64,000 nucleotides of DNA from Chthonomonas sp. (GTDB taxonomy: Bacteria; Armatimonadota; Chthonomonadetes; Chthonomonadales; Chthonomonadaceae). Of the stretch, positions 25,279 through 34,227 are shown one piece after another (the stretch's first letter is position 1; every line of letters begins with the position of its first letter). The stretch spans positions 73,610 through 137,609 of the forward strand of contig NZ_DATGKU010000174.1 of the NCBI RefSeq assembly GCF_035294505.1. The letters are read 5' to 3'. The notes beneath the pieces were generated by a model, which saw only the letters and a program-made list of their open reading frames with translations, did not search any database and had not been told where the DNA came from. The translations under genes were made by a program, and so were the position numbers.

Positions 25279-27087
25279 ATGCCCACTCAAAGAGAGGCAG
25301 GCCTGCGTGCACTCAAACAAGGGGATTTTGAAAGGGCGCGTGTGTTGTTGGAAAGCGCCTGTTGGCAGTACCCCGAAGACTTCAAAGCACACTACCTACT
25401 CGGTGCCGTCTATTATAACTGCCGGCGCTACGACCAGGCCGTCTCGGCTCTACAGAGAGCCGTGTTTCTTAAGCCGCATTCGCCACAAGCCCACTACAAC
25501 CTCGGCATTGCCCTGGAACGCATAGGCAAATGGGAAGATGCGGCCAATGAGGTGCGCAAAGCGCTGGAACTCGACCCACACTATGAGGTCGCCTCCGGCA
25601 CCCTACGCAAATGGGCACGCGCCGGTAAAATCTCTCTAACTCCTGAAGAAGAAGCCAAACTGTTGGCCGGCCTGCCCCGCAACTGGCTAACTCAACAAAA
25701 TGCCGACACATCGGCCGCTTCTATGGAGGCACCTTCCGACGCAGTGCAGAGTTCCCCAGAAGCCGAACCTCAGAAGGCAGCCCCATCCGCACAAGCAGCC
25801 ATGCTGCCGCCCTTTGTTGAGATCGCGCCTTCGAGGCCGGAAAGCATCAGCCCGCCTCTCAATCAACCGATTACCGCTCAGGATACCCCCTCCGATTTGT
25901 CATCTGTAAATCCGCCTAATCTTGCCAGCGATTCCGCAACGGTCGTCGAGACAACCACTCAACCGGGGGAGGCGCGGACACAGACCTCCTCCGATGAAAT
26001 CAAAGAGGATTCTCTACAGACGGATATCCCTGTTCTGCAGCCAACCTTGCTCACACCACCACCCATCGAATGGTCTCAACCTGACGAGGTGCCGCTGGTA
26101 CCCGAGCCGCCCGATCCTATCCTCTTGCAGGAAGTCATGGAGTCCGACGACGTTGCCACAACAACACCCCCGCCCATTCTCTCTGAAGTGGTTTCACCAC
26201 CCAAAGCGCTTCAAGAGAAAACCGCTGATAATAATACGGAACCGGCAGAGCCATCAGCCATAGCGGTACCTGAAGAGGTATCCGCCCCACCTGAAGTAAC
26301 AGAACCTTCCGACGTCAACGTCCTCGACCTGCTTGCCCCACCCGAGGTGTTCGAGCTACCCACCCCCGAATCACTCCCAACGCACCCCGTGCCTCCCCCG
26401 GTTATCGAGACAAGGGAAGAGGAATCGAATCTCGTAAGGGCTTCTGCACCGACCGATTCCGCTCTCCAACAAGAGGATATCAGCCCTACCACTACCGCTC
26501 TGGAGCCACCTGCTGTTGCTCTCAACGATCCCACAGTGCTCGAAACAGAGACAACGCCCTCCTCCACCGTATCTCCGCAAGCCCAACCACAGCCCACATT
26601 CTCGGAGCCTTCGATTGGCGAACCGCTTCTCGGTCACGCCAGCCGTGAATCCGTACAAGAGAGAGCCTCTGCCCAACAGACTGCCGCTTCCCCTACCCAC
26701 GAGCCATCTCAATCGGCAGAAGCGCCTGAAGAGGCTGTAAGTGCCGAGATTCCACCGCACGTTCAACCCAAATCGCGCCAAACAAAAGCACGGGGCTCGG
26801 TCGAAGATGACGCGGAGGACTATAGCTACTTTGTGCCCGTTCCTTGCCAAGAGGCCACCGAAGCGTTACAAATCGCCATCGCCAGCCTCATCCTCTTTGT
26901 AATAGGTGTTGTTTTAGGCCCCATCGCCATTCGTAAAGCAATCGAAGCCAAACGTTGGATCGCTGCTAGCCCCTATTTCACAGGCGCCACACAAGCAAAC
27001 ATCGCCCTCGTACTGGGCATTCTCAGCACCGTCATTTCCCTGCTCTTCTGCATTCACTACGCCCCTTCCCTATTCTCGACCCATTAG
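25279..27087 (+). CDS. TPR-repeat protein with long Pro/Thr/Ser/Glu-rich linker and C-terminal DUF4190-like two-TM domain
   Basis: N-terminal ~120 aa TPR (AHYLLGAVYYNCRRYDQAVSALQRAVFLKPHSPQAHYNLGIALERIGKWEDA). About 350 aa low-complexity PT-rich linker. C-terminus AIASLILFVIGVVLGPIAIRKAIEAKRWIAASPYFTGATQANIALVLGILSTVISLLF resembles DUF4190. Confidence 0.6.
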   Translation: MPTQREAGLRALKQGDFERARVLLESACWQYPEDFKAHYLLGAVYYNCRRYDQAVSALQRAVFLKPHSPQAHYNLGIALERIGKWEDAANEVRKALELDPHYEVASGTLRKWARAGKISLTPEEEAKLLAGLPRNWLTQQNADTSAASMEAPSDAVQSSPEAEPQKAAPSAQAAMLPPFVEIAPSRPESISPPLNQPITAQDTPSDLSSVNPPNLASDSATVVETTTQPGEARTQTSSDEIKEDSLQTDIPVLQPTLLTPPPIEWSQPDEVPLVPEPPDPILLQEVMESDDVATTTPPPILSEVVSPPKALQEKTADNNTEPAEPSAIAVPEEVSAPPEVTEPSDVNVLDLLAPPEVFELPTPESLPTHPVPPPVIETREEESNLVRASAPTDSALQQEDISPTTTALEPPAVALNDPTVLETETTPSSTVSPQAQPQPTFSEPSIGEPLLGHASRESVQERASAQQTAASPTHEPSQSAEAPEEAVSAEIPPHVQPKSRQTKARGSVEDDAEDYSYFVPVPCQEATEALQIAIASLILFVIGVVLGPIAIRKAIEAKRWIAASPYFTGATQANIALVLGILSTVISLLFCIHYAPSLFSTH

Positions 27088-27106
27088 AGAGGATCACATT
27101 GTTTCT

Positions 27107-28057
27107 ATGCACATTCTCGTCACAGGCGCAACCGGTTTTCTGGGTAAAGCCCTCTGCGCTCAACTGCTGAGGGATGGACACACCCTAGCGGTTGTAACAC
27201 GCCACCCTGAGGGAGTTCCTCGCCTTTTTGGAGCGAATGTCAAAAGCATCTGTTGGAACGATAAAGAGGCTCTTCACACAGCTTTAGAAGAGTCTCAGGC
27301 TGTGATCAACTTAGCGGGGGCTTCTATCGCCGGTAAGCGCTGGAACGCTGCCTACAAGGAGGAGCTGGTGCGCTCGCGTGTGGAGACCACACATACCCTC
27401 GTGGAGTGCATGCGCAACTGTAAAAATCCTCCCTCCACTCTTCTCTCCGCCTCTGCCGTAGGCTACTACGGAGACTGTAACGATAAGATGATCACCGAAG
27501 AGCGGCCCGCCGGCTCCGATTTTTTGGCAGAGCTTTGTCTTCAGTGGGAGACCGAGGCCAACCGCGCGCGCCAATGCAAAGCTCGTGTGGCGACCATGCG
27601 ACTGGCTACGGTGCTTGGGCCAGGCGGTGCCTTAGCGAGGATGCTACGGCCTTTCCCCTCCATCCCCTTCAACCCATGGAAACTCGGTTTAGGAGGCCCG
27701 TTCGGATCGGGAAAACAGTGGATGCCCTGGATCCATCTTGAAGATGCCGTCGGCCTCTTCCTCTGGGCACTTCAGGAAGATCGTCTGGATGGCCCGTGCA
27801 ACGCCGTAGCGCCCGAAACGATAAGCAATCTAGAGTTCGCCCGCGCCCTTGCAGCCATCTATGGGAAGCGCCCCTCCTTCCCGCTCCCCGCATTCGTATT
27901 GCGTATCCTTTTAGGAGAGTTTGCCGATTCGCTGCTCGCCAGCCAGCGCGTGGTTCCTACCGTAGCAAAACGCCTTGGCTATACCTACCGGTATCCCGAG
28001 CTTATTCCGGCCCTAAAACAGAGCGTAACCGCGTTGGAGACAAGGCCGAAGGGCTAA
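27107..28057 (+). CDS. TIGR01777-family NAD-dependent epimerase/dehydratase (YfcH/SDR39U1-like, with DUF1731 C-terminus)
   Basis: MHILVTGATGFLGKAL Rossmann motif. About 300-aa length. C-terminal PLPAFVLRILLGEF region is typical of this family. Confidence 0.8.
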   Translation: MHILVTGATGFLGKALCAQLLRDGHTLAVVTRHPEGVPRLFGANVKSICWNDKEALHTALEESQAVINLAGASIAGKRWNAAYKEELVRSRVETTHTLVECMRNCKNPPSTLLSASAVGYYGDCNDKMITEERPAGSDFLAELCLQWETEANRARQCKARVATMRLATVLGPGGALARMLRPFPSIPFNPWKLGLGGPFGSGKQWMPWIHLEDAVGLFLWALQEDRLDGPCNAVAPETISNLEFARALAAIYGKRPSFPLPAFVLRILLGEFADSLLASQRVVPTVAKRLGYTYRYPELIPALKQSVTALETRPKG

Positions 28058-28103
28058 ATAGGGTTTGAAGAGCCTAACCTCAGCCCTCAAAGCAACCCAT
28101 GCA

Positions 28104-29081
28104 TTAGCGTCCTTTTTGATGCGTAACCTGTTTCTTGGACTGTACTTTCTCCTTTTGCTTGATAGCCTGCTCTAACCGTGCACGTAGGCGCGAGAGATAC
28201 TCATAACCGGCCTGCTCTTCGGGCGTTTTAGGTCTAATGGGGGTAACCGTAGGTGGATAGGCAACGTACTTGCCGTTTATTTCATAATACATTTTGCCAT
28301 TGTGCAGACCGATGGACGGATAACCAACCTCTGTGGCATACTGCCTCCAAAGCAGGTTTGCTGCTCGGCGCAAGTATTTGAGTTGCTTCACAGAAAGACC
28401 GGTGGGAATCGGCGGTTGCGGCCCCTTCCAGTGGCTGTGGGCAGCACGATCCAATACGGCAAACATCCTCTCTCCTCCAATACGCCTTATTAAATCTTTG
28501 GCAAGAAACGATTCGGAGGGAAAAGGCTTATACACATCTACATCCTCATAGGCCTGGCAAAGGGCGTCCACGCTGAGAGGGCTATGTGTTTGCAAATAGA
28601 ACTGGTAAAGATTATCGAGACAGAGCTTCACTAACTTTTGCTCAAAAGGCGGATACTCGGCAAATGGCCGCAAGATGCGGTCGCGCTCTTGTTTCATGTA
28701 GAGGGCCAGCATACCCAGTTTAAACAGGTTCATGGGCGTCGGTTGGGTTTGCGCATCCTGTTGCCACCGTTCTAAAAGAATATCGCGCTTATGTCCTATC
28801 GCCTGCAGGTATCCTACCGCAGCCACATAGTCCTGAGGGTTTTGGAGCATCTCCTTTTGGAACAGAGGCGCTGCCTGATCGTACTTGCCGGCTTTCAAGA
28901 GAGAGTAGGCCTCGCGGAATAAGGGTGTCTCTGTTTCAACGTATTCCGTTAATGGAATGGAGAACCAGAAGCAACCGGGAAAGTAGGCATTGTCGGTAAA
29001 GTTATCTGCCCAGGCAGCTGCTAGGCAACAGACCAACAGAAAACTAACTAGCATAGATACACATGCACAATTTTTCTTCAT
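28104..29081 (-). CDS. Secreted hypothetical protein (325 aa), lower-GC gene
   Basis: Signal peptide MKKNCACVSMLVSFLLVCCLAAAWA. TAAGGAG SD on the minus strand. No recognisable domain. Noticeably more AT-rich than its neighbours. Confidence 0.5.
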   Translation of the reverse strand: MKKNCACVSMLVSFLLVCCLAAAWADNFTDNAYFPGCFWFSIPLTEYVETETPLFREAYSLLKAGKYDQAAPLFQKEMLQNPQDYVAAVGYLQAIGHKRDILLERWQQDAQTQPTPMNLFKLGMLALYMKQERDRILRPFAEYPPFEQKLVKLCLDNLYQFYLQTHSPLSVDALCQAYEDVDVYKPFPSESFLAKDLIRRIGGERMFAVLDRAAHSHWKGPQPPIPTGLSVKQLKYLRRAANLLWRQYATEVGYPSIGLHNGKMYYEINGKYVAYPPTVTPIRPKTPEEQAGYEYLSRLRARLEQAIKQKEKVQSKKQVTHQKGR

Positions 29082-29372
29082 GGGGCTGGTCTCCTTAGTT
29101 ATTGTCTTGCGTCAAAGCCTTTGACATCATGACGCGCTGTTCTGGTTTATACAAGTAGCCCCTCAGTCTCGATAACAGCATGCTATATGTTACATCGCGA
29201 ATATTAAGCGGTGGTTAACATAAAATTAATTTTCTATTAAGGCTGCCACCGTTCTCCAAAAACACTCTATGCCGATAACTCTTTCCATCGAGTGAGAGAT
29301 TGAGAGCTAAACCTCATTCGAAGTGTGTATACTAACTCTGCTTCCAAAGTTGTCGTGGAGGGGGAGGAAGGC

Positions 29373-31568
29373 ATGCAAAGGGTCTATCGTCAAATTCTCA
29401 TCTTGGTCGCCGTTGCTCTGGTGCACTTAGCATTGTCTGTCCAAGCCGTATTGGCGGCAAACAGTCGTTCCTATCCGGTGATGCTTGGAGGCATCGGGTC
29501 GGGTGCCGTTCTGCTCGATAACACGGGAACGATTTCCGCTGCAGCGCCCATTCCCGATCGCCCTCGCAGGTTTTCGCCGGATGAAACCGGCTTTCTTGCT
29601 GCACGCATTCGCATTGGGGACGAAACGCATGCCTTCGCCCTCTCTTCTCAGAGTGTGAAGCAAATCCCTTGCCTGCCTTCCTTACTCAGCACTCCTGGAT
29701 TTCCTATCTCCGAGTTTGAAGTGCCAAGCACCGACTCGCCGATAGCAACCCAACTTCGCATCTTCTCTCCCTTCATCCCTCACGATCTGCCCAATTCCAC
29801 GCTGCCGGCAGTCGCCTTTATTGTCACCTTTCACAATCCACTCCCTATTGCGGCCAAGGTAAGCGCGCTCATCTCATGTCCATCGCTCTTCGTAGCCCCC
29901 GACCAGGCCGAGATATTGCCCGCCTCAAATGGCTTCTTTGGAGCGCACATCACGAGCGCACAGGGTGAAACGGCAGTCTATACCTACCCCCAAAGAGGAG
30001 ATGCCACCGTAACCTCCCTGTGCTGGAACGGATCCGAGCAAACGGTAAGTTGGTGGCGTTCCTTTGTGGATACAGGGAACCTCACCGGATCGCAGCAGCT
30101 CCACGAGGTCGCCAAACCGGCCATAGCCCTTGCCGTGCATCTGACACTAGCACCCCACGATCAGGTGCAAATTCCTTTTGTGTTAGCCTGGTACGCCCAC
30201 ACGGCCCAATCGTTTTACTACGCAACCCTCTTCCCGAACGCCACGGCCATAGCCCAACGACTTCTTGCTAACTGGCTTGCGCTTTATGCCCTCACTGCGG
30301 AGTGGCAAGACAACCTTAAGTTTTCAAACCTTCCAAGTCCGCTCATTCAAAGGCTCGGTGACTGCCTTCAACCGCTGCTCACCGAAGCGGCTATAGACCA
30401 CGACGGTTTTCTAAGCATCCCCCGCAGCGATACACGTATGGAAACAGGCTCACTCAGCCCTGCGGAAGATGCGATCAGCAAACAATTGTCTCTCTCTCTT
30501 CCGCTACTTGACCTCTATCCAGACCTGATAGCCAAAGAAATCGAAAGTCTGGGAACGGCCTTTCGGCAACACAAAGATTATGCCGTCGCCGTCCCGCTGC
30601 TGCTGCTCAGCGACGCCTATGTCCGACAAACAGGTAACCTCTTTCTGGTTCAAAACGAGAAGCCCATCCTCCATGACGCCTCTCAAATGCTCGATTCCAC
30701 CTCTCAGCCGACACTCAGTCTGTGGAGATGGGGGGCCCTTTCAGCGGCGGTCTCTCTGGCAAACCTTCTCAATGATAAAGACCTCGCGACGCATCTACTG
30801 CAATCGCTTGCCGAAGAGACCCAAACGATCGGCAACATTTTCCACAATTCCATAACTTCACCCGAGCCTTCCCTCGTGAATCCTTCGCACTGGCTAGTAC
30901 CGGCCGCGCTCCTCCATGCTTTCGACGAAAATCTCTCTTTGCCTATTCCATCCATCCCCCCCACATACCCTAACGTATCTACCATGAACGACATCCTCTT
31001 GCCCGCTTATCTCTACGTCCTTATCATGCAAAACCATCCAGATGCAGGACTACGCTATTCTCTTTCCTACCACCCTATCGAGACGAATAACCCCCTCCAG
31101 TGCATTCTTTGGGGCTTACTTGATGTGTTGTCCGGTTTTCAAGTCGATCAAGTTACCGAAAGTGTCTGGCTTCTACCCGATATCCCCGGCGACTGGCCTC
31201 GCCTGGAATGCCCTATCTTCTCTGCCAATCTTTGGGCCACTCTTCATTACACACCTACAGCCCGAGGCGAAAACATGCGGTTATACATCGCTCGCCTTTT
31301 CGCTCCAGGGCCACTCGCCTATCCCCCTAGCTCCGAACTGCTTCCCAAACTCCCTCCGCCACATCTCATCATCAGGTCACTCTTCATACCGGCACCACCT
31401 CGTGGACTGCATCACCTATCCACGAGTCTTCCGGAAGTCCATCTCAGCCTAGCCCAACGCCCACTTGGTTTTCGCCTGAAGCCCGTTAATCCTTCTGTTC
31501 TCTGCCTGCAACTCGATACTCCCCTGCAATTAACTGCTGGCGATACGCTCGATATTGAAGTCCACTAA
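29373..31568 (+). CDS. Large secreted hypothetical protein
   Basis: ORF track starts at 29325. The ATG at 29373 is preceded by GGAGGAAGG and gives signal peptide MQRVYRQILILVAVALVHLALSVQAVLA. About 730 aa. No family recognised. Confidence 0.5.
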   Translation: MQRVYRQILILVAVALVHLALSVQAVLAANSRSYPVMLGGIGSGAVLLDNTGTISAAAPIPDRPRRFSPDETGFLAARIRIGDETHAFALSSQSVKQIPCLPSLLSTPGFPISEFEVPSTDSPIATQLRIFSPFIPHDLPNSTLPAVAFIVTFHNPLPIAAKVSALISCPSLFVAPDQAEILPASNGFFGAHITSAQGETAVYTYPQRGDATVTSLCWNGSEQTVSWWRSFVDTGNLTGSQQLHEVAKPAIALAVHLTLAPHDQVQIPFVLAWYAHTAQSFYYATLFPNATAIAQRLLANWLALYALTAEWQDNLKFSNLPSPLIQRLGDCLQPLLTEAAIDHDGFLSIPRSDTRMETGSLSPAEDAISKQLSLSLPLLDLYPDLIAKEIESLGTAFRQHKDYAVAVPLLLLSDAYVRQTGNLFLVQNEKPILHDASQMLDSTSQPTLSLWRWGALSAAVSLANLLNDKDLATHLLQSLAEETQTIGNIFHNSITSPEPSLVNPSHWLVPAALLHAFDENLSLPIPSIPPTYPNVSTMNDILLPAYLYVLIMQNHPDAGLRYSLSYHPIETNNPLQCILWGLLDVLSGFQVDQVTESVWLLPDIPGDWPRLECPIFSANLWATLHYTPTARGENMRLYIARLFAPGPLAYPPSSELLPKLPPPHLIIRSLFIPAPPRGLHHLSTSLPEVHLSLAQRPLGFRLKPVNPSVLCLQLDTPLQLTAGDTLDIEVH

Positions 31569-31597
31569 GTAGGGGCAGGTTTGAAACCTGCCCCTAC
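31569..31597. repeat. REP-like palindromic element copy 2 (GTAGGGGCAGGTTTGAAACCTGCCCCTAC, perfect palindrome)
   Basis: Immediately after the TAA stop of the + gene and 66 nt from the stop of the convergent - regulator gene. 27/29 identical to the element at 7562-7590. Confidence 0.6.
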
Positions 31598-31662
31598 ATG
31601 TTGCAGCGGCTTCTATAGGCTCAATACCCTCCTACTCCGCTCTTGCCTAAATGCAATGCCGA

Positions 31663-32811
31663 TTACCCTGCTAGGGCCGGTTGAAGCAGATTTTGAGGCT
31701 CGATAACCTCAAATACGCCGCGCGCCGCCCAACCGTACTGAGAGGTAAGGCGCGGCAGAAGGTACATAGGCACTTTGCGCACAATCGGCGGGCGCTTTAC
31801 CTGCCCATGCTGGCGTTCCCACAGCAGATCGGCGGCCTCCCGACCGATCTGTTCCCACGGCATGTAGAGCGTGGTGAGAAAATGGGCACCGCCGATGGCC
31901 GTATTATCGAACCCTACCAAGGCCGGCCATCTTACGGTCGGCACATCGCTGTTGCGCAAAACCGAAAGTACACCGAGCGCTATGCGATCATTGGCAGCGA
32001 CTATCGCGGTCATCTCACCTATTCGGCGTAACAGAGCCTCCCCGAGTTCGATACCAATGTGGAACATCGCCTCTCCCGTCCACGTTGGCACCTTGGAAGG
32101 GTGAAACGCAAGCCCTTGCGGGCTAAGCCCACTTGCTTCTAACGCTTCACGCCACCCCTCCTCACGCAATGCAGACCATTCAAAGCCCGGATGCAGATTC
32201 GAGGAGGTATGTGCCCCCAAAAAGGCGATTTGGCGATGTCCCAACCGGATAAGATGGTTGGTCGCCATACGCCCTCCCTCAAACTCATCAAAGGCCACCA
32301 CATCGCCTAACCCCTCGAGTGAATGGGAGGCATAGGTTACGTTGGGCAGAGCCTCGTGGTCGAAATAGGCGAACATTTCCCTGTTCTCCGGGGAGGAGAT
32401 ATCGCCAAAAACGCCCAAAATGGCGGGAAGCTGCCCTTGTTGAAAAAGCTCTCTCAACTGTGACGGGCGCATGGCCAGAGTGGCCGCACCGAGCTGAGCC
32501 ATGCGCATCTCGAATCCATGTTGTGCAGCCAGAGGAATGCCGTCCTGGACGAGCCATAGATAGAACCCCTCCAGAGGAACAGGGCGCCTTCGCACGAACG
32601 TCCCCACGCGAGAGACCGTGCAGAGCAATCCTTCTTCCACCAGAGTTTGCATAGCACGATGGGTAACATTGACTGAAATGTTATATTTTTTCGCTAACTC
32701 CTTCATGGGAGGCAGTGTCTCACCAGGTTGTAAACTGCCAGAACGCACCGCCTCACGCAAATCTTGAATGAGCGCGTTCCGACGTCGTTCCACCTCTCTT
32801 CGTGTTGCCAT
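31663..32811 (-). CDS. Transcriptional regulator with N-terminal GntR-type winged-helix HTH and C-terminal LacI/periplasmic-binding-protein-type sugar-binding domain
   Basis: N-terminus ...LPPMKELAKKYNISVNVTHRAMQTLVEEGLLCTVSRVGTFV is a GntR-like HTH. The remainder resembles PBP type I ligand-binding domains. Confidence 0.65.
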   Translation of the reverse strand: MATRREVERRRNALIQDLREAVRSGSLQPGETLPPMKELAKKYNISVNVTHRAMQTLVEEGLLCTVSRVGTFVRRRPVPLEGFYLWLVQDGIPLAAQHGFEMRMAQLGAATLAMRPSQLRELFQQGQLPAILGVFGDISSPENREMFAYFDHEALPNVTYASHSLEGLGDVVAFDEFEGGRMATNHLIRLGHRQIAFLGAHTSSNLHPGFEWSALREEGWREALEASGLSPQGLAFHPSKVPTWTGEAMFHIGIELGEALLRRIGEMTAIVAANDRIALGVLSVLRNSDVPTVRWPALVGFDNTAIGGAHFLTTLYMPWEQIGREAADLLWERQHGQVKRPPIVRKVPMYLLPRLTSQYGWAARGVFEVIEPQNLLQPALAG

Positions 32812-33018
32812 AACTTACACTCTCCAAAGGGACTACTTCGCGTACTTTAGGTCTTAACGGTATACGCGAAAATTCACATAGTTTAAAACAGTTAGTATTT
32901 CCTAAAAAGTTCCCTCACCGATATAGCCTCCCCCTAAAGAGGCCTCTTACTAGGAAATACCTGTATCGAAAGACTCTTTTAACGCCGAAAAGTTTCGCCT
33001 TTTCTCAACACATCGAAA

Positions 33019-33036
33019 TGCAGGACATCGGCATGT
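33019..33036. promoter_or_regulatory. 7-4-7 inverted repeat AGGACAT-CGGC-ATGTCCT, candidate operator in divergent regulator/ADH intergenic region
   Basis: Perfect 7-bp arms about 50 nt upstream of the alcohol dehydrogenase ATG, in an AT-rich divergent promoter region shared with the GntR-type regulator. Confidence 0.4.
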
Positions 33037-33085
33037 CCTTGTTGAAGTTATAGGTTAAACAGAATCGAGGAGGAGGAAGGAGAAT

Positions 33086-34207
33086 ATGTCGAGCCGTCAA
33101 GGGAAAGCGGTACTGCTGAACGCCCCCGATACGCCCGCCGTTGTTGAGGATATCCTTGTAGACCCGCCCGGCCCCAATGAGGTTCTTGTGAGAATCGTCG
33201 CCAGCGGGGTATGCCATACAGACCTCACGGTGAAAAATCTGAAAGGCATGGGCATGCCTTTCCCCATCGTACTCGGCCATGAGGGCGCCGGTTATGTCGA
33301 AGAGGTAGGGGAAGGGGTAACCCATCTCGCGCCAGGCGACCCGGTGGTACTTGCCTACCGCGCCCCTTGCGAACAGTGCCCGGCCTGCCGTCGGGGAGAT
33401 CCACGCCACTGCTACGTAGCCCTACGTCCCAAACAACGCATTCACCGCAAGCGCGATGGTGCTCTCTGTTCGCAAGTGCTTCGCTGCGGCACCTTCAGCA
33501 CCTATACGGTGGTTCATGCAAAGGCTGCCATCAAGATGCCTACGGATATGCCCCTCGACAAGGCATGTCTCATTGCCTGCGGAGTCGTCACCGGCGTCGG
33601 TGCTACCTTCAACACCACCCCGGTCTTTGCCGGCTCTCGCGTGGCCGTTATTGGCTGCGGAGGGGTGGGGCTAAGTGTCATTCAGGGTGCAAAGCTAGCC
33701 CATGCGCGTCAGATCATCGCCATTGACATTAACCCAACGAAGCTGGAATGGGCCCGAAAGTTCGGAGCCACGCACACCGTTAATGCGCGCGAGACAGACC
33801 CTGTTGCCGTCGTGCGCGCCCTTACCGAAGATGGCTACGACGGTGGGGTAGAGTTCGCCTTTGAGGCCACCGGCATCCCCTCCTGCATCGAACAGGCCGT
33901 ACGCATGCTCGCCTATGGAGGTACCGCAACAACCATAGGCCTTCCTGCAGCCACCGATAGCGTTACCCTTAATTTGGGCGATATGGCCACCGGTGTCTAT
34001 TGGAACAAAGCCGCCCTGCGGGTCTGCCATGCGGGCGATACGCTTCCGTCACACGATTTTCCCCTCCTGGCCCAGCTCTACCTACAAAAACAGCTTAATC
34101 TCGACGACATGGTCACCCGAATTATCGGGCTAGAGGATGTGGAAGACGCCTTCCATGAGATGGAAACAGGCAATGTGATCCGCTCGGTCATTAAACTTCC
34201 TGTATAA
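33086..34207 (+). CDS. Zinc-dependent alcohol dehydrogenase (class III / S-(hydroxymethyl)glutathione dehydrogenase-like MDR)
   Basis: GVCHTDL, GHEGAGYVEEVGEGV and the GxGxxG Rossmann motif VAVIGCGGVGLSV. 373 aa. Confidence 0.85.
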   Translation: MSSRQGKAVLLNAPDTPAVVEDILVDPPGPNEVLVRIVASGVCHTDLTVKNLKGMGMPFPIVLGHEGAGYVEEVGEGVTHLAPGDPVVLAYRAPCEQCPACRRGDPRHCYVALRPKQRIHRKRDGALCSQVLRCGTFSTYTVVHAKAAIKMPTDMPLDKACLIACGVVTGVGATFNTTPVFAGSRVAVIGCGGVGLSVIQGAKLAHARQIIAIDINPTKLEWARKFGATHTVNARETDPVAVVRALTEDGYDGGVEFAFEATGIPSCIEQAVRMLAYGGTATTIGLPAATDSVTLNLGDMATGVYWNKAALRVCHAGDTLPSHDFPLLAQLYLQKQLNLDDMVTRIIGLEDVEDAFHEMETGNVIRSVIKLPV

Positions 34208-34227
34208 AGGGGGGGCACCTGCACCGG

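Noticed and set aside
26211-26850. 128-aa and 159-aa minus-strand ORFs inside the TPR protein gene
   Set aside because: They lie antisense to the Pro/Thr-rich low-complexity linker. Compositional bias generates open frames. No start context or domain.
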